The notes: generated by a model from the letters alone, not told the origin. A DNA stretch of 64,000 bases from Truepera sp. (GCA_965218435.1 CBDCKW010000009.1:2784001-2848000), one strand, 5' to 3'. Numbered from the stretch's first letter, positions 9,775 to 18,406 are shown. Program-made: numbers and translations.

Positions 9775-10779
9775 GTGAAGGTTTTAATTACCGGGGGTGC
9801 GGGGTATATCGGCAGTACGGTGGCGAGCGCGTTAGAGGACACCGGCCACACCCCCGTTTTGCTCGATTCGCTCGTCAGCGGTCCGCGAGTATTTACCCAA
9901 GGGCGTATTTTTTACGAAGGCGACGTCGCCGATAAAGAACTCCTAACCCAAATTTTTAATGATCACCCAGACATTCACGCGACCGTTCACTGCGCCGCAC
10001 TGATCATCGTCCCGGAGTCGGTCGAGCACCCCTACCGCTATTATCACGAGAATGTCTGTAAGTCTTTGGAGCTTTTTAGGCTCTTAACTGAGTTGGGGCA
10101 TCCCAGGGTCGTCTTTAGCTCGTCGGCGAGTATCTACGACGCCGTGCCGGGGTTTAAGGTCACCGAGGACGCGCCGCTCAAGCCCTCGTCGCCGTATGCC
10201 CGGACCAAATACATGATGGAACAGGTGTTGTCCGACCTGGCGCACGCCACGCCTTTACGCGGGATTGCGCTGCGCTACTTTAACCCTATCGGGGCCGATC
10301 CCGAATACCGCAGCGGCATCTATGTCCCCGAACCCTCGCATGTCCTCGGCAAACTGGTAGACACGGCTTTAGGCAAACAAGCCGAGTTTAAGATTACCGG
10401 CGTGGACTGGCCTACGCGTGACGGCAGCGGCATCCGGGACTATGTGCATGTGTGGGATTTGGCCAGAGCGCACGTCGCAGCGGTGACGCGGTTTGATGAC
10501 GTGCTTGCTGAGGTTGACGCACCCTACGCAGTTATCAACTTAGGCACCGGCAACGGCGTCACAGTCAAAGAACTCGTCGCAGCGTTTGAACGGGTTTGGG
10601 GCAGCGAGATTGCCAAAGTCGAAGCGCCGCCGCGCCCCGGCGACGTAGCTGGAGCCTACGCGGACGCAGACCGGGCCAAAGCTCTCCTCGACTGGCAGGC
10701 AGAACTAAGCATTGATGAAGGGATTGAGAGTGCGCTCGAGTGGGGCCGCCGCCGCGAAAAAATCTTGGGGTACCCGTAG
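9775..10779 (+). CDS. galE: UDP-glucose 4-epimerase
   Basis: TGGAGYIGS, SSSASIY, YARTK, LRYFNP, DGSGIRDYVHVWDLA. Confidence 0.93.
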   Translation: MKVLITGGAGYIGSTVASALEDTGHTPVLLDSLVSGPRVFTQGRIFYEGDVADKELLTQIFNDHPDIHATVHCAALIIVPESVEHPYRYYHENVCKSLELFRLLTELGHPRVVFSSSASIYDAVPGFKVTEDAPLKPSSPYARTKYMMEQVLSDLAHATPLRGIALRYFNPIGADPEYRSGIYVPEPSHVLGKLVDTALGKQAEFKITGVDWPTRDGSGIRDYVHVWDLARAHVAAVTRFDDVLAEVDAPYAVINLGTGNGVTVKELVAAFERVWGSEIAKVEAPPRPGDVAGAYADADRAKALLDWQAELSIDEGIESALEWGRRREKILGYP

Positions 10780-10881
10780 GTAGGTATTATCTGGCAACAA
10801 ACGCTGATAGTGTAGTCGGAACCGCTTAGCACGCACGTTTTAGGGACGATACCGAAGTTCGTCAACTAGCTTTTTTAGACG

Positions 10882-10910
10882 AAAAAAGCCGAGGCTAAAA
10901 CCTCGGCTTT
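10882..10910. terminator. Bidirectional terminator between galE and ssrA
   Basis: Stem aaagccgagg/cctcggcttt flanked by A- and T-runs. Confidence 0.8.
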
Positions 10911-10911
10911 C

Positions 10912-11275
10912 TGGTGGAGGCGGCGGGAATCGAACCCGCGTCCGAAACCCCCTAAGACTGGCTTCTACGCGTGTAGTCGCTTGTCAATTGTCGGCGCAGG
11001 GCGAGCCCAGCGACCCGCTCACACCCTACGCTTACGCGCCTTTAGTTTCGCCTCAGCCCGACGCTAGAAGCTTTTGGCTAGCCTGTTTTAGGTCGTTCAG
11101 TCTAGCGAGCCACAGGCGGGGCTTCTAGTGAACGGAATAACTGCTCTTAAGCAGCCATTGCGTATTGCTGGTTATTGGTGCCAGTTAATGGCTTTACCGT
11201 TTTTTAGAGAGGCCAACGGCGTCCTCTACGCGCCACCACGCCCTTGGTGAGCCCCGTCGAAACCGGGACGCCCCC
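10912..11275 (-). ncRNA. ssrA: tmRNA; tag reading frame 11182-11147 encodes (A)GTNNQQYAMAA
   Basis: 5' GGGGGCG...TTCGAC; 3' GCGGGTTCGATTCCCGCCGCCTCCACCA; internal tag ending in AA-stop; extended -10 TGcTATACT at 11317-11325 on the minus strand. Confidence 0.97.
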
Positions 11276-11478
11276 AGACGTGCCCTTTGCCGATGGTTAA
11301 TCGGTAATGGAAAAGTAGTATAGCACAGCTTCGGCGCTAAGTTTTAAGGTGGGCTACTCGAGCTACACTCTAGCGTCATAAACATCTTTGAACTCGCTTT
11401 ACAACTTGGTACGGTTTTTCTAGGCGCGTTTTTAGCGTTTTGGCTCGAGAAGGCAGACCCCGAGTATATTAGGGCAAG

Positions 11479-12081
11479 GTGACGCTGCCAAACTTGACCT
11501 CCCAGCATCTGCGTGGGGTCTCCGCCTCAACCCTTATAGGTGCAATTTTTGCACTGATTTGGGGGATAAATGGCAGTTTAGCGTTGCCGAACAGCTGGCG
11601 CGTCGGAATCACCGCCATAGTCACTCTTATAACCCTTGGCCTGGTCGCGGTAAGCATCAATTTTTACCGAAGCGCCGGACGGGTTCCCTCGGGCACTGAC
11701 GCGCAAGCTACCAACCCGTTTCGGACGACGGCCTACCGCGTTGCGGTCGCGGCTATGCTGATCGCACTTCCGGTTGCGAGCAGAGTTCTGACACTAAACG
11801 GTCAGGGTGACGCCATCATGCCCACTGTTGCCATCATCGTAGGGCTTCATTTTTTGGGTCTTGTCCCAGCGTTTCGGAACGGTATTTTTGCCTGGATAGC
11901 CGGAGGGTTTTGTCTCATCGGACTTGTTGCGCTTTTCCTACCTGTGCAAGCCGGGAAGACGCTCGAGCTGCGCTACGCGGTCGTAGGCTTGGGCTGTGCC
12001 TTAGTTTTGTGGTTTAGTGCTTTGCCAAGCATAGCAAAGACGTTCAAGCAATTGGGCGCGGCAAAACAGGAACTTCGTTAA
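11479..12081 (+). CDS. Hypothetical integral membrane protein (about 6 TM)
   Basis: Multiple hydrophobic segments; IVGLHF motif. Confidence 0.75.
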   Translation: MTLPNLTSQHLRGVSASTLIGAIFALIWGINGSLALPNSWRVGITAIVTLITLGLVAVSINFYRSAGRVPSGTDAQATNPFRTTAYRVAVAAMLIALPVASRVLTLNGQGDAIMPTVAIIVGLHFLGLVPAFRNGIFAWIAGGFCLIGLVALFLPVQAGKTLELRYAVVGLGCALVLWFSALPSIAKTFKQLGAAKQELR

Positions 12082-12183
12082 CGGGCTGAAGGTGAGGCTC
12101 GAGCTGCTGGGCAAACATAACTTAGGCCGTTAAACCAAGCTGCTTTACGGTCAAGTCAACGTAAACATCTTTTGCTCGAGCCT

Positions 12184-12238
12184 TCAAACTTACTCTCAGC
12201 ACAACCCAAATAAAAGCTAAACAATCCGGTTTTATGGT
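12184..12238 (+). promoter_or_regulatory. Promoter with phased 11-bp repeats (site A)
   Basis: tcaaac 12184, ccaaat 12206, ctaaac 12217, then 10 nt and TATGGT at 12233. Confidence 0.65.
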
Positions 12239-12290
12239 GCTCAGTACGGCGCTGCGGTTAGGCCGCACCTAAACATGAGGAGAGTAGGGT

Positions 12291-13220
12291 ATGTCTCACC
12301 AGCATGACGAGAGTGGCATCAACGATTTGAGATTACAGGCTGACTTGTCTATGTGGCAAAAGAGGCCGCTCGAGCGCCGCCGCGTCTTGCAGCTGGGCGT
12401 GGTCGGTATCGGGGCACTGCTAGCGAGTTGTTCAGGCGCAGCGAAGGGCTCGAGTAGCGGTGCAAGCAGTAGCGTGTGCGTCACCGAAATTCCCGAAGAG
12501 ACGGCGGGGCCGTACCCGGCGGATGGGTCTGCGGGCTTCGGGGGTCCTGACGGCGACCCGACCGGAACCCCTCCCGGTGGCGGCCCCGGCGCACGGCCTC
12601 CCGGTGACTCGCCCCCTAGCTCGGTGAGTGCGGCGCAGACGGGCGGCGTCAACGTGCTCACGCGTTCGGGGATTGTCCGTAGCGACCTTAAGACGAGTTT
12701 GGGAACCGGCAATACGGCAGCGGGCGTTCCGACGACCCTCACCCTGCAACTTGTAAACTCGGCGGGTGCGTGTGCGCCTTTGGCGGGGTACGCCATCTAC
12801 GTGTGGCACTGTAACCGTGATGGTGAGTATTCGCTCTACTCAGCGGACGTGCTCGAGGAAGACTACCTGCGCGGTGTTCAGGAAACCGACGAAGACGGCA
12901 TGGTCACCTTCGAGACAGTTTTTCCGGCGTGTTACGCGGGGCGCTGGCCGCATGTTCACTTTGAAATCTACTCGTCACTAGACCAAGCGACGAGCGCCGA
13001 CAACAAGCTACACACCTCACAGTTGGCTGTGCCGCAAGCGATTTGCGAAGCCGTTTATCACAACGCCGAGGGCTACAGCCAGAGCGTGACCAACTTGTCG
13101 CAGATTTCGCTCGAGCGCGATAACGTCTTCAGCGACGGCTACGCCTCGCAACTTGCGGCGGTGACCGGGAGCATCAGCAAGGGTTACACCATGACCTTGC
13201 AAGTCGGGGTTGACGTTTAG
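12291..13220 (+). CDS. Intradiol ring-cleavage dioxygenase-like lipoprotein, Tat-exported
   Basis: RRRVL Tat-like motif, lipobox LLASC, ETAGPYP, WHC..DGEY, LRGVQETD, CYAGRWPHVH; Gly/Pro-rich insert. Confidence 0.85.
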   Translation: MSHQHDESGINDLRLQADLSMWQKRPLERRRVLQLGVVGIGALLASCSGAAKGSSSGASSSVCVTEIPEETAGPYPADGSAGFGGPDGDPTGTPPGGGPGARPPGDSPPSSVSAAQTGGVNVLTRSGIVRSDLKTSLGTGNTAAGVPTTLTLQLVNSAGACAPLAGYAIYVWHCNRDGEYSLYSADVLEEDYLRGVQETDEDGMVTFETVFPACYAGRWPHVHFEIYSSLDQATSADNKLHTSQLAVPQAICEAVYHNAEGYSQSVTNLSQISLERDNVFSDGYASQLAAVTGSISKGYTMTLQVGVDV

Positions 13221-13274
13221 CACCTTGAGTAGTCACACCGGGGCAGCTGAACACTTCAGGTTTTAGGAGAATGT

Positions 13275-13760
13275 ATGAACAAGTTAGGCGCGTGGACAAG
13301 AGATCATTTCATCACGCTGATTCTAGCGTTTACGGCAGGCGGGTTTGTGTTTATTCTAGCGGAGCTTTTGCTCGAGCGTCACTGGGGCGGCGTTCAGCTG
13401 GTTGCGCCGATCAGCGCAGCTGTCGGCCTCGTGTTGGTGCTTCTAGCTTTCACCTGGCGGCGGGCCGTACCGGTAGCCGTCCTTTTTTTACTGCTGGGCA
13501 TGACTGGACTGTTCGGCACCTTTGAACACTTCGAGGCGCGTACCGAAGAGCGTGACGGCCTACCTGGACAGGCGTCTCAGGTCGTAGTGCAGACCGTAAG
13601 TACCGTGCCTACCGGTACTGAAGGTGAAGCAAGGCCGCCGGACGGCGAACGGCGGGGTGGCCCTCCGTGGCTGGCTCCCCTCAGCCTGAGCGGACTCGCC
13701 TTACTCGGCGGTGCAGCAACACTGGCAGGTAAAAGTAACAGGGCGCAGCAAACATTGTAG
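13275..13760 (+). CDS. Hypothetical membrane protein (about 4 TM)
   Basis: SD AGGAG; hydrophobic segments; C-terminal PPWLAPLSLSG. Confidence 0.75.
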   Translation: MNKLGAWTRDHFITLILAFTAGGFVFILAELLLERHWGGVQLVAPISAAVGLVLVLLAFTWRRAVPVAVLFLLLGMTGLFGTFEHFEARTEERDGLPGQASQVVVQTVSTVPTGTEGEARPPDGERRGGPPWLAPLSLSGLALLGGAATLAGKSNRAQQTL

Positions 13761-13803
13761 ACGCAGTTCTTCAGACATTGCACGGTCCCGGCTTTCATCA
13801 AAC

Positions 13804-13836
13804 CCAAATGGCTTCCAAACACAGCTAGTGTAGGGT
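13804..13836 (+). promoter_or_regulatory. Promoter with phased 11-bp repeats (site B)
   Basis: ccaaat 13804, ccaaac 13815, then 10 nt and TAGGGT at 13831. Confidence 0.6.
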
Positions 13837-13995
13837 GTAGTTGCTTGACAAGGTATTTCCGGGGCAGCTCCCCCTCGCTAAACGTCGAGGCTCCAGTTAG
13901 TCAAGCAAGCACGACTGCCGTGACTTGGGTCTTTTGGCCGGACCGTAGGCAGCATCTTTAGAAGAGCTAAATCGTGCGGCTCAGAGGAGTAGCTG

Positions 13996-14535
13996 ATGAA
14001 AAAGCCTATGATAAAAGCCTTTTACGTTCTCGCATTGGTGGCTGGGTTTGCTCTGCCCGTCGGGTTTGCCCAAGTGTATCTCGGCGCGGAACTCGGTCAG
14101 CTGGCAACGAGTTACGCCAGCAACACTGCAGACTTGAGCAGCCGCGACATAGGCGCACAGCTGGGCCTCAATGTGTCCGGTCTCGGGTTACGCGCTGCGG
14201 TCGAGGGAAATATCGCGGCACGGAGTCTCGAGTCGGGTAGCCTCGACGCGCTCCTCAACGTACCGTTTGTCGCCGGAAGCAGTCTCTACTTGGGCGCGGG
14301 TGCCGACATTCTTGACCTGAGCCAGCTCCGCACCATTACGGCGCAGCAGACGGGCTTTAGTACGGCGCTGCAAGCAGGCGTCTTCGGGGCTCACGCAGTC
14401 GCCGGAGCTGAGGCGCGGCTGGGGCCGTTCGGGATTTTCGGAGAGGTTCAGCCCGTTTACCGGCTGGGTCAAGGGTTTACCGTTCAGAGCAACCCCTATC
14501 TCCGTACTCGAGCAGGACTCAACCTACATTTTTGA
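13996..14535 (+). CDS. Putative small outer-membrane beta-barrel protein
   Basis: Signal peptide, alternating hydrophobic strands (LYLGAGA, FGIFGEVQP), C-terminal Phe (RAGLNLHF); SD GAGGAG. Confidence 0.75.
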   Translation: MKKPMIKAFYVLALVAGFALPVGFAQVYLGAELGQLATSYASNTADLSSRDIGAQLGLNVSGLGLRAAVEGNIAARSLESGSLDALLNVPFVAGSSLYLGAGADILDLSQLRTITAQQTGFSTALQAGVFGAHAVAGAEARLGPFGIFGEVQPVYRLGQGFTVQSNPYLRTRAGLNLHF

Positions 14536-14577
14536 TCGTTGGTAGGTGGAGCATAGTAGTTGAGTAAGATAGAGAAA

Positions 14578-14620
14578 CAGAATACAGAGAATAGAGAAGT
14601 TTTACCTTCTCTGTATTCTG
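14578..14620 (+). terminator. 14-bp inverted repeat after the beta-barrel gene
   Basis: cagaatacagagaa/ttctctgtattctg, built from heptamer-like units. Confidence 0.5.
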
Positions 14621-14645
14621 ACTTCTAAAGAATTTTGTAAAAGGC

Positions 14646-14700
14646 TCAAACCAAAGCTAAACCTTAACGCAACTGTTTCTAAATGAGTGCCAGTTAAAAT
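14646..14700 (+). promoter_or_regulatory. Promoter with phased 11-bp repeats (site C, putative autoregulatory)
   Basis: tcaaac 14646, ctaaac 14657, ctaaat 14679, then 10 nt and TAAAAT at 14695. Confidence 0.65.
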
Positions 14701-14754
14701 TTTCTCATGGACGGCGCAGATGACACATTTTTAGCGGGTGCTACAGTAAACCTC

Positions 14755-15435
14755 ATGGCGTTGGTGCTCGTGGTTGAAGACGAACTTACGCTGGCGCAGA
14801 CGATTGAACTCTATTTGCGCCGCGAAAACTTTCGCACCGAACGCGCCGGGGACGGCAAACGCGCTTTAGAGCTGTTTGGAGCCGCGCGGCCCGACCTGGT
14901 GATTCTTGACCTCGGCTTACCGCAGCTTGACGGCCTCGAGGTCCTTAAAACCATTCGCGCGAATTCAGGTACCCCAGTCATTATTTTGACGGCCAGAGAT
15001 GAAGAAGTAGACGAGCTGTTAGGGCTCGGGCTGGGCGCGGACGACTATCTCGTCAAACCGGCGAGTGCCCGCAAGCTGATGGCGCGGGTAAAGGCCGTAC
15101 TCCGCCGCGTTCAAAACGTAGAAAACCAGGGGGACATATTGCGGGTTGGAGCGCTCGAGGTAGACACTTACGCGGTGGTCGCCAGAGTGGCGGGCAGGGC
15201 GCTCGAGCTGACTCCAACCGAGTTTAAGTTACTTCATCACCTCGCCCGGACGCCGGGGCGAGCGGTTTCCCGAACTGAACTCTACGAAGTGGCGATGCCT
15301 GAAAGTGACGCGTTTGAACGGGCGGTAGATATTCACATCACCAACTTGCGGCGCAAATTGCGGGACGCGGGCGCAGACGGTCTCATCGAAACGGTGCGCG
15401 GGCTCGGCTACCGGTTAGGGTCACAACAAGCGTGA
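14755..15435 (+). CDS. OmpR/PhoB-family response regulator (alternative in-frame start at 14707)
   Basis: VVEDE, DLVILDLGLP, LTARD, GADDYLVKP; winged helix LTPTEFKLL...HITNLRRKL...IETVRGLGY. Confidence 0.95.
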   Translation: MALVLVVEDELTLAQTIELYLRRENFRTERAGDGKRALELFGAARPDLVILDLGLPQLDGLEVLKTIRANSGTPVIILTARDEEVDELLGLGLGADDYLVKPASARKLMARVKAVLRRVQNVENQGDILRVGALEVDTYAVVARVAGRALELTPTEFKLLHHLARTPGRAVSRTELYEVAMPESDAFERAVDIHITNLRRKLRDAGADGLIETVRGLGYRLGSQQA

Positions 15436-16646
15436 ACCGGCTGGCGACTCGCTTACTGTTGGCGCTGCTGGCGGTGGCACTCTTGTCCCTTATCGCCGTA
15501 CCTACCCTACAAAGTATTGCAGCGCGGCGCATCTTCGGCGATCTCAGCCCCGAGTTTCGGGGGCGTATCGAAAGGTCTTTTAGAGGGCCGCCACACACCG
15601 GTTTAGACGGCCCCCCGCCCTTTCTCAGGTCAGCTCCACCAGATGGGCCGCCGGACGAAAGCTTTTTACAGCGAGAAAATACGCGTCTGCTCAGTGTTTT
15701 AAGCGACTACCGGGCGGCGCAGCGTCAGGCCGTTTTAGTTGGGGTTGGCGGCGCGGTCTTGGTGAGCGTTCTGCTCGCGCTGTTACTTTCAAGAACTATT
15801 GCCCGACCCATTGAAGCGGTCTCTAACGCCGCGTCACGGCTCGCAAGCGGTGACCTGAGTACGCGGGTAGACCTCGCTAAACTCCCCTATCCGGCCTCTG
15901 AGACGCGCACGCTCGCGCTCGACTTTAACCAGATGGCGACCGCGCTGGGGCAGCTCGAGGGTGAACGCAAAGCGATGATCGCCGACATCGCCCACGAACT
16001 CCGCAATCCGCTAGCCACCCTGCAACTCCGTCTTGACGCACTGTCTGACGGGCTCGTACAGTTTAACGATGACGAGGCCCAGCTGTTGCAGGGACAAGTC
16101 GGCTTATTGGCGCGGCTGATCGGCGATCTGCGCACCTTGTCGTTGGCCGACGCCGACCGGCTCACCTTGAACCGGCTCGAGCTCGACCTCAATACGCTCG
16201 CTGAGAACGCCGTGCAGCAGGCTCAGGCTAAAGCAAACAACGTAGGCGTCAGGCTCGAGTTCACCCCAGCCGATGAACCGGCATGGGTGGACGCCGACCC
16301 CGACCGCCTGACGCAAGTGCTTCATAACCTTCTCGACAACGCCTTTCGGGTAACGCCCCCCGGCGGCAAGGTTGACGTAACCCTGCTGAGCACCGCGAAC
16401 GAGGTGACGCTCCAGGTGCGCGACACCGGCCCCGGTATTGCCGAAGATGAACTGGGAACCGTTTTTGAACGCTTCGTTCAAGGTAGGCGTCGTGATACCC
16501 ACAGTAAAACCGGCAGCGGCTTAGGACTTGCGATTGTGCAAAGTTTAGTCAAATTGCACGGGGGCCGAGTTCAGGCTGAGAACTACCTTAGCGGTGACGA
16601 AAGCGGGGCGCAGCTCGAGGTTACCCTGCCCAGCTCCAGACCATAA
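15432..16646 (+). CDS. Sensor histidine kinase (BaeS-like, HAMP)
   Basis: Two TM segments with a Pro-rich loop, HAMP domain, AHELRNPL, NLLDNA, DTGPGI, GSGLGLAI; GTGA overlap with the regulator. Confidence 0.95.
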   Translation: MNRLATRLLLALLAVALLSLIAVPTLQSIAARRIFGDLSPEFRGRIERSFRGPPHTGLDGPPPFLRSAPPDGPPDESFLQRENTRLLSVLSDYRAAQRQAVLVGVGGAVLVSVLLALLLSRTIARPIEAVSNAASRLASGDLSTRVDLAKLPYPASETRTLALDFNQMATALGQLEGERKAMIADIAHELRNPLATLQLRLDALSDGLVQFNDDEAQLLQGQVGLLARLIGDLRTLSLADADRLTLNRLELDLNTLAENAVQQAQAKANNVGVRLEFTPADEPAWVDADPDRLTQVLHNLLDNAFRVTPPGGKVDVTLLSTANEVTLQVRDTGPGIAEDELGTVFERFVQGRRRDTHSKTGSGLGLAIVQSLVKLHGGRVQAENYLSGDESGAQLEVTLPSSRP

Positions 16647-16650
16647 AGCC

Positions 16651-16705
16651 CTAAACGAACTCTAAACAAACTCCATATCAAACCTTCTGGGTGACCCGTC
16701 ATGCT
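16651..16705 (+). promoter_or_regulatory. Promoter with phased 11-bp repeats (site D)
   Basis: ctaaac 16651, ctaaac 16662, ccatat 16673; CATGCT at 16700 in the same register as the other sites. Confidence 0.6.
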
Positions 16706-16763
16706 GCGACCTAGTGAGGCTGGCTCACGCCGACTCAACTACTTCACGAGGAAAGGAACCGTT

Positions 16764-17159
16764 ATGACTTTTCACACTATCTTTGCAGCAGCCGTTCTTT
16801 GGGGAAGCTTTGCCGGGGCGCAAACAGCGCCGAGCGCGGTAACGTCCCCCTACCTACAACTCAGAGATGACGGCAGCTTACGCGCTACGCTGGTTAGCTC
16901 CGGGGGTAGTACCGCTTCTATTCGCACTTCTACCCTCAAACAGAGCGGCACTTGGTTTGCGTCCGTTCACCCTCAAACCAGCCTTACCGAAGTGGCCGAC
17001 TACTACTGGGACGCGCTTACCCGGTTGGGTTTTGAGCGCACAAGCGAGTCAGCCACCGAAAAGGTCGTGATATGGACGTTGCAAAAGGACGGGCGTCAGG
17101 TGAGCGTGGTGTTTAACCAGCAGGGCGCGGGCGTCGTCGCCAACATCTCGTGGTTATAA
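16764..17159 (+). CDS. Hypothetical secreted protein
   Basis: SD GAAAGGA before ATG 16764; signal peptide ending in AGA-Q. Confidence 0.7.
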   Translation: MTFHTIFAAAVLWGSFAGAQTAPSAVTSPYLQLRDDGSLRATLVSSGGSTASIRTSTLKQSGTWFASVHPQTSLTEVADYYWDALTRLGFERTSESATEKVVIWTLQKDGRQVSVVFNQQGAGVVANISWL

Positions 17160-17217
17160 GACATAGTTTTGGGGCGCAGTTTTAGGACGCGCGGGTTTGA
17201 AACGCCCCGGCTGCCTG

Positions 17218-17272
17218 CCAAATAAACTCCAAACAAAAGTCATACGAAAGCCTTATATCGCCCTGACACACT
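17218..17272 (+). promoter_or_regulatory. Promoter with phased 11-bp repeats (site E)
   Basis: ccaaat 17218, ccaaac 17229, tcatac 17240; CACACT at 17267 in the same register. Confidence 0.6.
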
Positions 17273-17316
17273 GTTTTTAGGTAGCCGCATAGACGGCTCT
17301 ACCAGAAAGGAAAATT

Positions 17317-18123
17317 ATGAAAAAACTTATCGTCTTAACAGCAGGCAGCCTCCTCGTCGGCAGTTTGGGTTTTGTCGGGGCACAGGGTGCGCAGAGCGGC
17401 TCGGATACGCAGAGTCAGACCCAAGCGCCGCTGCAGATGCAGAATTTTCGCGGTTTCGGTCACGGCTTTGGGGAAGGGGACGATTTCGGCTATGGTTTTG
17501 AAGGCTCGCCCTTCGGACGGCACCTCGCGCTGGGAACGACCGTCAAGCTTACGTTCTACAACACCGACCCCGGCGCTTCGGGTAGTACCGCTAAACCAAC
17601 CCAAACGCTGACCTTCACCTATGGGCAAGACAGCGAGGCCGCTTTCGCGCAGAGTTTCGCCGAGGCGCGGGCGAACGCGGGCTACCTGACGGTCAACGTC
17701 GGTGAGCAGACGCAGACGCTTACGTTACCAAGTTCTGACACCGCATCCGACACCTCGGTTTTCGGCCAGGGCGACCGGCATGGCGGCGTCTACGGCGCAC
17801 TACCTCTGCAGGGACTGAATGAGGGCTCGAGCGTCAAAGCCACCTTTTACGACGGCGACCCCGAGGCGAACGGTAAGGTGGTGCAGACGCTGAATTTTAC
17901 CTACGGGAAAGACAGTGAAGCTGGTTTTGCCGACCAGTTCGCCAGTGCCGCGCAAAACGCCGCTTACGTCACCGTGACGACCAGCCCACAAACCTACACG
18001 GTCAACCTCGCAGCGGTACCGAACAGAAGTTTTATGGGACGCGGCGGTTTCGGCGGTCGGTTTGGCGGTGATGACGGCTTTAGCGGTGGTTTCGGGCACG
18101 GAGGCCCCGGACACAGACGCTAA
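17317..18123 (+). CDS. Secreted protein with a duplicated ~62-aa domain and Gly/Phe-rich tracts
   Basis: Signal peptide; two copies of G..VK.TFY..DP....QTL.FTYG.DSEA.FA..FA.A..NA.Y.TV; GFGG tracts. Confidence 0.8.
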   Translation: MKKLIVLTAGSLLVGSLGFVGAQGAQSGSDTQSQTQAPLQMQNFRGFGHGFGEGDDFGYGFEGSPFGRHLALGTTVKLTFYNTDPGASGSTAKPTQTLTFTYGQDSEAAFAQSFAEARANAGYLTVNVGEQTQTLTLPSSDTASDTSVFGQGDRHGGVYGALPLQGLNEGSSVKATFYDGDPEANGKVVQTLNFTYGKDSEAGFADQFASAAQNAAYVTVTTSPQTYTVNLAAVPNRSFMGRGGFGGRFGGDDGFSGGFGHGGPGHRR

Positions 18124-18139
18124 TCAGCCTTAGTCGAAC

Positions 18140-18180
18140 AAATAAGCTGCAGCGCCATCTGAGCACTGCAGCTTATTTTT
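18140..18180 (+). terminator. Intrinsic terminator ending the cluster
   Basis: Stem aaataagctgcag/ctgcagcttattt followed by T-run. Confidence 0.8.
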
Positions 18181-18406
18181 GGCGACGATACCGTTGACGC
18201 GCTCAATTTCCTGCCTCAGTCAAGGTGCTTATTCACCCTACAAAGCATGGTCACGCCTGTACAGCCCCAACTAAACTCGGCTTTCATTCGGTTATAGGGA
18301 GCACCGCTCGAGCAGGAATAGGCAAGAAAAGGAACGGTTTTGGCATTCACCTCACCCTGCGGCTGGCACTACGATTAGGTCAGCACAAGCTCGTAAGGAG
18401 GGCCGT

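Noticed and set aside
13845..13850. Perfect TTGACA as the -35 of the beta-barrel gene
   Set aside because: No -10 box at 16-18 nt; it is better explained as one arm of the leader stem.
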